From the NCBI GenBank assembly GCA_016748015.1, contig JAAOMT010000385.1, positions 5,608 to 14,852 on the forward strand: DNA of 9,245 nt. Reading direction: 5' to 3'. The stretch's first letter is position 1. Each line of letters begins with the position of its first letter. The DNA comes from Geosiphon pyriformis uo1. Its lineage: Eukaryota > Fungi > Glomeromycota. This document shows, in pieces, positions 1-8,554 of this stretch. The notes beneath the pieces were generated by a model. The model was given only the letters and a program-made list of their open reading frames with translations. It was not told where the DNA came from and did not search any database. The position numbers and the translations under genes are program-made.

Positions 1-42
1 TAATAGAAATATAACAAAAACAGAATTTTTTTTTAAAAACTG

Positions 43-64
43 TTTTTTTTTTTTTTTTTTTATT
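43..64 (-). other. Poly(A) tail (A19) with AATAAA formed at the junction
   Basis: Uninterrupted T run at 43-61; the minus strand reads ...TAAAATGAAAT-A19-CAG. Confidence 0.85.
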
Positions 65-679
65 TCATTTTATAAGTGAGGTCCAAACACTACCTAGAAC
101 TACACATCAAGGAAATGATCTATATTAGGCATGAATCATGCATTGTCTACACGTGACCAGCCACTCGGGCCGATCAGAACAATACTACACAGATATATGA
201 ACTGAAACTGAACTGCCTATACCAGAAAAAAATAAACATGGTTTACGAAAACCGAAATGAACGCCCACAGCCTCAGTGATGCCAAGCAGTTTGACAACAC
301 CAGCAAAAAACCCCGAAACCAAACCAGAAACTGAAACAGGTGTTGAACCATCTAACGGAATCAACTTGGCCTTCTTTATGTAAGCATGATGCTTAGCACA
401 AACCATCCAAACACCATCCCTAAAGGCAAGACTAAGAGAGTGCACAAACTTAACCATCTCCAATTCTGCAATTTCGGGATCACGGAACACAGAAACAGCC
501 TCACAAAACCAATCATTAAACACAAAACCCTTGCATAGAGCCATGAACACAGGGAAATCAAAGGCACAAGATGACAAAAGCTGTATTACAACCGACGAAA
601 AGAGTGACAAACCAGTAAGAGCCTTCCAAGAAGCCACATGAAAATCCAAAATCCGACTATGAGCAGAATCATCGACCTT

Positions 680-727
680 ACAAAAGAACACATGGTCTGA
701 AGACTCCACATTACCACAATATAAACA
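680..727 (-). other. ORF2 C-terminal CCHC zinc finger (CX2CX7HX3C)
   Basis: CLYCGNVESSDHVFFC, the C-x2-C...E-x3-H-x3-C motif typical of LINE ORF2 C-termini. Confidence 0.88.
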
Positions 728-1074
728 CAGTACACTAAGGTAACATTTATTATAAAGACGCTTCCTCACAGCAACAGGCAACCAGTGATGCAGAGCCTTC
801 ATGAAATAGGTACGAGCATTAGCCGAGGGCCTGCTGGTGGGTCCAGTGGCTATGTGCAAGTCAGGATGCCAGACCAAAGAAGAGTGGAACCAGTCAACAT
901 TAAAAGGCAAATCATTCCTTAAAAACTTAGCACCAGAACCAACTTCTCAGCATGCATAACAAATTAATTGGCAAATATCACAAACAAAGTGTTTCAAATT
1001 GCCCCAAACCACACCACCGTTAGCCACCAGAAAATGTTCATCCAAGTGAGGACGTAGATGCCAACTGGAAAGAG

Positions 1075-1474
1075 AGGCAATGCCAGCAATCTCATCAGCA
1101 TGTTCATTACTAGAAACACCAGAGTAACCTTTGATCTTGTGCCAATGAACTCTCAAATTTTTACTACAAATAACATTAGCAATATGCCGATGCTTGACCC
1201 AACACTGATTGTGAAAGTCAGGACACACAAGATTCAATTCTGACTCACAAGCACTCAAAGCTGACTGACTATCAGAAAACATGTGAACGGAGCAGGACGA
1301 AGGAACACACTCCATGGCCAATGCAATAGCCTGCAATTCCACAAGAGTGAATGACATCAAGCCCGATACACCAACTTCCAAACCCAAACCAATGTCCTCG
1401 AAAAAAACAGTAGTACCAGCTCTACATTTAGCAGTACCCAAACTTCCCAAAGATCTGTCCGTGTAAACAGACAA
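1075..1474 (-). other. RNase HI domain of ORF2
   Basis: VYTDRS (YTDGS-like), LVELQAIALA, FSDSQSAL, HWHKIKGYSGVSSNEHAD. The D-E-D-D catalytic set is retained; the loop His appears as Tyr. Confidence 0.92.
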
Positions 1475-2339
1475 GCTACTAGAAACGACCTGAGAAAGAT
1501 GACCACAAACAGAAGCATAATCAGCAGAACCAAAAATATCTCGATGAACAGCACCATCTGAGACAAACCAATTATTAGAAGGGAGAGAAGCACCATTGAG
1601 AAATGCAGTAGCAAGTCTGAACCATTCCAGAACGGGGCCATGAGGGTCCAGTCTCTTCCAATGCTTGAAGATATACCAGTCAAGGATAACACCATGATGA
1701 TCATGAAGTTGATCTACAAAGGCAATGCCAAACCGTCAGAGAGAAGAAAGAAACTTGGAAAACTTAGATTCACTTAAAACAGTAGACATAGGTACACTGC
1801 CACTAGACCAAAAAAAACTAACAAAAGATTCACCTAAAGACAAATTGCAGTCAAGAAGAATACAGACCAAGCCTGCTAAAAAGTTGTTGGAAGTGCTAAT
1901 ATTAACACGAACAGGAGAATTTAACGGATGAATAGAACGCCAACACCGAACTTGCAAGTCATGAGACTGGTGAGAAAATAAGCAATCCAAGATCCCACCA
2001 GAGTTCACAAAACTAACGAGAGAGGCCACCTTACATTCAGACTGTACCTGCGAGAAAGATTTCAAACCATAAAATGAAGGGTGGTGCAGCGTATCACTGG
2101 GAAAATCAAGTAGAAAACCAAATTTAAGCTTCAATCCCTTGCGAACCAGAGCATCCCACTTGGCACAAACACCAACTGGTATAAAACTAAATTGTGTCCG
2201 ATAACTGATTATGGGCTGGAGAACCGCCAATACCAAGTATAGGAATTGTTTATCTGAAATAGCCTTCCTCAGAATCAAATTGACAAAAAAGCGAACGTCC
2301 AAATGTGTCTTAGCCAAACTCGGCTTCAAAAGACCCTTA

Positions 2340-3330
2340 GTTGAAAGAAAAATACCCAGATACCAATGAGATTTCTCCTTTTTGGCAACGGATATGGGAG
2401 AGCCACTGATGGAAAGAGAGGGATTGCTGACTCTATTATTGATGAAAATGGCCACTGTTTTGGTATTGTTTATAGAGATATCATTGATCCGAAAGAATTC
2501 ACTGGCAACATTGAGAATATGCTGAATAGCAGCTTGACTGTTACCAATCCAAATAGTATTATCGACAAAAGCACCAGTGGCAAAAAAGGAAGAATGTTCA
2601 GCCTAAATTTCAGCACACCCATTTTTAGAGATAAAATACGAATTAAGCCTATATCCATACACACTCTTCTGACATTTGACTTCACATAACAAAAGATCAT
2701 AGAAGATGTGCCACAGAAGGGGAGAAAAAACTTCACCTTAATCTAAGCCATCATACACATGATAACCACCAGTCAAACCGAAATCCGTCATCACCTGATT
2801 GGTGCGACCCTTATGTATGCTACCAAAGAACCGAATAAACTTGCTGCACATCTTAATCCTGACCAGACTTTTCTCAAGATGCTCCCAGCCAACTGAATCA
2901 TAAGCCTTCTTCATATCCTGTAACACCAGCCAGAGTTCACAGTCCTTTTCCAGAGCATCCTTAATTACCAAACCAATCACAAAAATGGGAGACTGAGTAG
3001 TCGTACCCTTCAAACCCGAGAAATTATCCCTACGAAGAACATTAAAAGTACTGTATGCAGCAGAAATCCTATCAGAAAGAACCTTGAAAAGAATCTTATG
3101 AGCTGTTTCGATCAAAGCAATAGGACGTGTGTTTATTAGAACACCCTTTCACTCATAAGACTTGGAAATCATCGAAATCCAGGCCTTTTTCTATGAGCCG
3201 GGCACTGATTCACCAGCCAAGCAAGAGTTCAAAAGCACCAACAACATCTCCAAGACAGACCTATTACAATGTTTCTAAAGCTCATTTGAGATACCCGACA
3301 GACCAGCAGTTTTGCCATCAGGAAGGATAG
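2340..3330 (-). other. Reverse transcriptase domain of ORF2 (non-LTR type), catalytic motif mutated
   Basis: GKTAGLSGISNEL (domain 0), NTRPIALIE, LQDMKKAYDSV, GLD*GEVFSPLLW, AFVDNTIW (2558-2569 = FVDN), ISINNTKT, YLG. Confidence 0.95.
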
Positions 3331-4184
3331 AAACCACTCCAAACAACTCGTCAAAACCAATCGGACATATTACTCCCAAGAAAGCCTTATCAAAAACATA
3401 CTCCAAAGACTAATATTGGTAACACTATTCACTTGACATATCATCGACCACCTGATGCTTCCTAGTCCACTCCTCTATGATTACGTCCACCTTGCTCTTA
3501 ACCTGATCAGGCTCTAAAACCAGCTCACTATCAACAACCAAGTGGTCAAGCACCACCTTACGAAATGGGCGCTCCAGCACACTTCTTATTGTATGACTTT
3601 TATCAACCTCAAAGCTCTCCATCCTCTTATTTATGGCTGATCTAATGTTGGCCTCCTTGGCGATCTGAGACTCAACAAGCTTAAATGCACGATATGATTT
3701 CCAAGCGCTCGAGAGAGCAGAAAGGACATGATCAGAGTCCATACTAGAATTCATCATATCCCGAATGACTAAAGCCTTAACACTGTCCAGCGAAGCCCAA
3801 CAATCCATAAAAGAAAAAAAACCAACAATATCTCCCTTACGTGACACCTTGAAAACCTTAGAAACCAAAAGCTCCAATTTGTGAAACTTTGAGAATTCCT
3901 TGGAGAAAGGTCTATCAAAGTCCTTGAACCATTTTTTTTTGAAAATGCCATCTGCTGAAAGCATCATGACTTCACAAATGACGTCCCACATTTCATCCAA
4001 ATCAGAGAATCTTACAGTGGTGGCAAACTTATCTGAAAACATTGCTGCATTGGCCAAAGTGACACTCCTGAAATTGTCCTATTCACTCTCATCAGCACCC
4101 CTAATGTTAAACTTCCATCAATTCCTATTTGCCTGCCTATGAAGAGAATTCAAATGCATATCCAAAAGCCCACCCAAACCCACG

Positions 4185-4873
4185 GACACACAAACCGCTT
4201 GATGATCAGTATCAAAATACTCACTAATATCCAAAATGTCTCAGTTCACTATTGTATTGACCAAATTTGACGAAATAAACATGTAATCAATAGTCTTGAC
4301 AACACCCCTTGAATTTTTCCAGATAGGACACTTAACCAATAAATTCCCCATCAAGGAATTGACCAAACCCAAATTCAAACACTTCTTAAAACTAGCACAC
4401 CTGCGAGAGCCATCTTTATTGAAATCACCACCCAAAACAACAAAGGAGGACTCGTTTACAGCCCCAGCTTTCAGAGAATTGACCTTACTGGCTTGAGAGA
4501 AACGTGTCACCAGAGAAGCACCAGCATAAAGCCCCAAAATTAATACCAAAAGTTTGTTCTTAAAAAGCATCTTAATCGAGAATAGCCGACTAGGCACCTC
4601 AGAAACCTTATACACATGGTGAACCAGAGAATCGTTCACAACAATAGCTACACCCGAACCCAGATTGCCAGAATCTTGACCTGAGGTAAAGACTTGAACA
4701 CCATTAAACTTAGTTGCAATCCATGGACAAACTTTGCCCTTCAGTTTGGTCTCAGTAACAATAGAAATCAAATTGTTCATATCCTTGTGCCAATGAATAA
4801 TATCTTCCTGTTTTGCAGAATTGTTCATACCTCTTATATTACATGTGGCAATTTTCCAAATTAAGTGAGTCAT
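4185..4873 (-). other. APE-type (EEP) endonuclease domain of ORF2
   Basis: Motifs IATCNIRG, IVTETK, GLYA, LGGDFN, TIDY and, past the stop at 4241, YFDTDH (SDH-equivalent). Confidence 0.92.
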
Positions 4874-5508
4874 TGAGAAGACAGGGGAACTGACAAACTC
4901 GAACCAGAGCACAGAATGTTTAACTTATCCAAAACCGAACCAACCGAGGCCTCCAAAGCAATCAATTTTGTTTCTAAACCACCCACTTTGGCAGTGAGAA
5001 CTTTGGAACTACTAGAGCTGAGCTCAACAACAGCATTATGAAAGACGGACGGAAGAGTACTAGACAAGACCAAAGCAGTATCCAAAATCATATCAGAATT
5101 CACATCAGAAGACAAAGTTTCAGAAACAACAGGAAGAAGACTCAGAGAAGAGGTCGCTACAGAAACCAAATCAATGAATTCCAGTCAAGCCAAAATGCCA
5201 GAAACACGGTCAGTCAAAAGCTCCAAAGAGTGCTCCAAAATCGCCAGCTGGTCATTCAAATGAGAAACAGTAGGAGAGACAGTCGCCATTAAAGAAGGAA
5301 CCAAACCAGAACACAATTCAGTACTAACCAAACCAGAGGAAATCATATGAGAAGGAAAGCCACCAGCAACTTGGGCCCATGTTTTACCACCAAATGAGAC
5401 TGGATAAGTGACAGGAGCTGACTTCTTTTTATATATCCCAGCTAGATGAATCTGATCTTGCTCAGAAATCACCCTCTTTCCTCAAACACCAGAATACTCA
5501 CCCAAGGA

Positions 5509-5550
5509 ACAGTTGACTGTAACATGACCAAATTGTTTACAACGAGTACA
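5509..5550 (-). other. ORF1 zinc knuckle CX2CX4HX4C
   Basis: Translates to C-TR-C-KQFG-H-VTVN-C, the canonical gag-type CCHC spacing. Confidence 0.9.
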
Positions 5551-5574
5551 ACTGGCCAAAGAGAGACCAGCCCA

Positions 5575-6285
5575 ATGCAAACTCACATTTTTGAAAACTG
5601 GAACGGTACCAATAGCAGCCAACTTGGATGCCTTATCACCAAAACAAATTACAGCACATCTATCACGAACATACGAACTAGAATTACGGCCGATATAACA
5701 AATCTTCACACCATATGATTCCAACAAACTGGAAAGATCATGAGCATTGGTGCCAACTGGAAGAGTGTAAAGCAATGTCCAATGCTGATCTCTCGACACC
5801 CACGTTTGTTTATCAATATTTGCCTTTGCCACATGGACAGAATTCTTTCCCATGAGCACAGACCATCTAGCTGCGACCAAATCAGCCATCTCAAATGATT
5901 TATATTCCACTAAGGCCTTTTGCCAAAGACCAATAAGCTGTACTTTGATTGAAATGATCTTGCCAAACTTGGAGAACACTGTTTCAATAGCCGATTTGGG
6001 AAGATCCACTAGGATTTCCTTAACGATCACTTCCCGATCTGAACAGACACTTGATTTTCTCAGATCATTATTGACTAAAATTTTCTCACTGATTGCCAGT
6101 TCCCTAGTCTTATTTAAACTAATTTCAGAAGTAAATAAGGATTTGATAATCCCTAGGAATTTTGAGGGAGTTGAGGCTCCCCCAAACCCATCAACGCGAT
6201 AAAAATTTTTTTTTAAACTGATCATTTTATCATTATTAGTTTTGCCAGGAATGGCAGATAGCTCAATATCTAATGCAAATGATTT
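5575..6285 (-). other. ORF1 tandem RRM-like domains (two likely, a third possible)
   Basis: REVIVKEILVDLPKSAIETVFSKFGKIISIKVQ...KALVEY and TLLYTLPVGTNAHDLSSLLESYG...CAVICF follow the beta-alpha-beta-beta-alpha-beta RRM pattern. The upstream SFALDIEL...IIKSLF segment is a weaker match. Boundaries approximate. Confidence 0.65.
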
Positions 6286-6896
6286 TGACGAATTAAAATT
6301 CCGTTTCTCTGGTGCACATGACCTGATCAAAGGAAGGCGATTGGATCCATGAAATTTGGGACTCGGGAGAGGCAAAGTATCCTCACCATTACTTGGAATG
6401 TTGAAAGAAAGAGGTGGCGGCTTACTGTTTAGAACATAGGTGTGGGTACGTGTCTTTCTTGGCATGGCATCATTCATGTCATCGTCCAAATCTGAAATGT
6501 TCGACTCTGCATAGCAAGTTTTCTCAGTGACAATGTTTTTCATATTATCCAAGTCCGAAACGCCATTTATGCTGTCCACTTTGCTGTTGACTTCGCTAGC
6601 CCACGATTGCCCAATGTTAGGTCTATCACCACTTTCATCCATAACATTCGAGATACCAGCAGATGATTCCACCAACCCATCAACCACCATAGGTTTCTTC
6701 GGCTTCTTATAGAACGCACCACAAAAATGAGGACCAACTGAGCACTTATTTTTGACACCAGACCGGGTCCCCAACCCAGCCAAAATGGACCCAGAACCAC
6801 CAGCAGCAAAGCCCACCGGTTCCATAGCAACAAAAGAGGGAATGTCTGAAGAAATAACTGGAAAAAGGTGAAGGGGAAAGGGAAAAGGAAGGCTAT

Positions 6897-6958
6897 TTCA
6901 GTAACAACTCAAAGCTTTCATTGTGACTGGGGGATCAATGAAAGAAAGAGTTTTTGAA
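6897..6958 (-). promoter_or_regulatory. 5'-terminal stem-loop of the element
   Basis: CTTTCATTG (6915-6923) and CAATGAAAG (6936-6944) are a perfect 9-bp inverted repeat with a 12-nt loop, extended by AACTC/GAGTT (6906-6910, 6948-6952) and TTCA/TGAA (6897-6900, 6955-6958). Function is inferred. Confidence 0.55.
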
Positions 6959-6960
6959 TT

Positions 6961-7218
6961 TATGTTTTATATTAAAACTGTTGCTTTTTTATTAATATTT
7001 TATTTTAACTGTTTTTTTATTTTTTTTAAAAATAGTTTTATTTAAAATTAAATATTAAAAAAAATTTTAAATTAAAAAAAATATTAATATTATTGTTTTA
7101 TTGTTTAAAAATTTTTAAAAACTATAATATATGTTTTTTAATAATAAAAAATATTAAATTTATTTAATAAAAATAAAAATAGCCAATTAATAATTTTGTA
7201 AAAATATTAAGTATTAAT
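6961..7218. repeat. Extremely AT-rich low-complexity tract running into an assembly gap
   Basis: Almost only A/T homopolymer runs, with few G/C. Confidence 0.9.
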
Positions 7219-7941
7219 NNNNNNNNNNNNNNNNNNNNNNNNNNNNNNNNNNNNNNNNNNNNNNNNNNNNNNNNNNNNNNNNNNNNNNNNNNNNNNNNNN
7301 NNNNNNNNNNNNNNNNNNNNNNNNNNNNNNNNNNNNNNNNNNNNNNNNNNNNNNNNNNNNNNNNNNNNNNNNNNNNNNNNNNNNNNNNNNNNNNNNNNNN
7401 NNNNNNNNNNNNNNNNNNNNNNNNNNNNNNNNNNNNNNNNNNNNNNNNNNNNNNNNNNNNNNNNNNNNNNNNNNNNNNNNNNNNNNNNNNNNNNNNNNNN
7501 NNNNNNNNNNNNNNNNNNNNNNNNNNNNNNNNNNNNNNNNNNNNNNNNNNNNNNNNNNNNNNNNNNNNNNNNNNNNNNNNNNNNNNNNNNNNNNNNNNNN
7601 NNNNNNNNNNNNNNNNNNNNNNNNNNNNNNNNNNNNNNNNNNNNNNNNNNNNNNNNNNNNNNNNNNNNNNNNNNNNNNNNNNNNNNNNNNNNNNNNNNNN
7701 NNNNNNNNNNNNNNNNNNNNNNNNNNNNNNNNNNNNNNNNNNNNNNNNNNNNNNNNNNNNNNNNNNNNNNNNNNNNNNNNNNNNNNNNNNNNNNNNNNNN
7801 NNNNNNNNNNNNNNNNNNNNNNNNNNNNNNNNNNNNNNNNNNNNNNNNNNNNNNNNNNNNNNNNNNNNNNNNNNNNNNNNNNNNNNNNNNNNNNNNNNNN
7901 NNNNNNNNNNNNNNNNNNNNNNNNNNNNNNNNNNNNNNNNN
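7219..7941. other. Assembly gap
   Basis: N run. Confidence 1.
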
Positions 7942-8232
7942 GAGAAGCTGAAGGAAAAGGAGGAGAAGCTAAAAAAGTTAATGGAGGGTGAGAAGGAAGA
8001 TGAGTTACGTGAAAAGGAAGATGAGTTACGTGAATTGAAGAAAAATTTGAGACAGGAGAAGTACAAGAACGAAAACGAAAAGCATTGGTGGATAGAAGAT
8101 ATGCAAGAGCTAGAAATGCAAAAAGAAAAGCTAGAAAAGCAAATAGAAAAGCAAAAAGAAAAGCTAGAAGAAGAAGTGAAGGAGCTAAAAGTAGAAAAGA
8201 ACGAGTTAAAAGTAGACATGAACGAGCTAAAA
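7942..8232 (+). repeat. In-frame coding tandem repeats (21-bp and 33-bp periods)
   Basis: Perfect AAGGAAGATGAGTTACGTGAA x2 (7993-8034); GCAAAAAGAAAAGCTAGAA at 8118 and 8151 (33-bp period); GAGYTAAAAGTAGA..GAAC x2.4 (8182-8232). Confidence 0.88.
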
Positions 8233-8334
8233 ACGAGTAAAGATAGATGGGAGTTGCAGATGCAAAAATTACAAAATACGTTGATGGAAACAACTAAGAC
8301 AGGTAACTCGGGCGTTGGGAAATGGTTGGGATAA
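7942..8334 (+). CDS. Partial coiled-coil protein exon (5' end in gap; may splice at 8302)
   Basis: Frame is open from the first base after the gap (EKLKEKEEKLKKLMEGEKEDELREKEDELRELKK...), is E/K/L-rich with heptad periodicity, and stops at TAA 8332-8334. Candidate donor CAG|GTAACT at 8302/8303. Confidence 0.7.
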   Translation, partial: EKLKEKEEKLKKLMEGEKEDELREKEDELRELKKNLRQEKYKNENEKHWWIEDMQELEMQKEKLEKQIEKQKEKLEEEVKELKVEKNELKVDMNELKTSKDRWELQMQKLQNTLMETTKTGNSGVGKWLG

Positions 8335-8554
8335 AAAAGTACTTTCTTATCCACCCTATTACCATTATCCTTCGTTCATTTGACTAATTTGTGCTCATTT
8401 ACTTCTGCCTCTTACTTCCAAAATTGCTTTGCATTTAACTCAATAATAAAACCTTTTGACTTAATGTTAGCTCTTAACTTAAGTTTTACTCTTCACCTCC
8501 GTTATCTATCATCTCTACCCGTTTTCATCTATTTGAGAGAACGCTCGATATACT

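Larger units (their letters stand above)
185..4873 (-). pseudogene. LINE ORF2 polyprotein (1562 codons) with 12 premature stops and no frameshift
   Basis: Track ORFs 4241-4912, 3425-4057, 2738-3115, 1736-2455, 947-1474 and 185-910 are all in one frame. Hand translation of the intervening stretches continues the domains. Start inferred at ATG 4873 (MTHLIWKIATCNIRG). Confidence 0.93.
4870..6825 (-). pseudogene. LINE ORF1 (nucleic-acid chaperone/gag-like), 651 codons, two premature TGA stops; may start at 6921
   Basis: Track ORFs 5482-6825, 5185-5472 and 4870-5169 share one frame, separated only by TGA at 5482-5484 and 5185-5187. Contains RRM-like segments, CTRCKQFGHVTVNC (CX2CX4HX4C), a TWAQVA motif and two leucine-heptad segments. 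Confidence 0.88.
43..6960 (-). mobile_element. Full-length, inactivated non-LTR retrotransposon (LINE; ORF1 + APE-RT-RNaseH-CCHC ORF2, poly(A) tail)
   Basis: Colinear ORF1/ORF2 domain order on the minus strand; T19 at 43-61 just after the ORF2 stop and 3' UTR; no LTRs; composition shifts abruptly to nearly pure AT after ~6960. The 5' boundary is approximate (6940-7006). Confidence 0.95.

Noticed and set aside
185-4912. Multi-gene operon or retron/defence-like system of separate endonuclease, RT and RNase H genes
   Set aside because: All pieces are one frame of a single ORF2, and the poly(A) tail and ORF1 knuckle identify a eukaryotic LINE.
947-5484. Stop-codon reassignment or programmed readthrough
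   Set aside because: All three stop codons occur and appear to replace different residues (R, Q, W), and catalytic motifs are also mutated.
6205-6217. Slippery T-TTA-AAA run in ORF1
   Set aside because: ORF1 continues in frame and no alternative long frame follows.
1058-6712. Short plus-strand ORFs and alternative-frame minus ORFs inside the LINE (e.g. 2366-2689, 5852-6202, 1357-1704)
   Set aside because: No motifs; expected shadows of long coding frames.
6860-6892. G-quadruplex in the purine-rich plus-strand tract
   Set aside because: Only two runs have three or more G; explained by Pro/Phe codons or a pyrimidine-rich leader.
7041-7120. Inverted repeats (MITE or Helitron-like hairpins) in the AT tract
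   Set aside because: Expected by chance in two-letter sequence.
7164-8354. Long minus-strand ORFs 7164-8354 and 7214-8293
   Set aside because: They span the N gap and are the F/S-rich antisense shadow of the coiled-coil exon.
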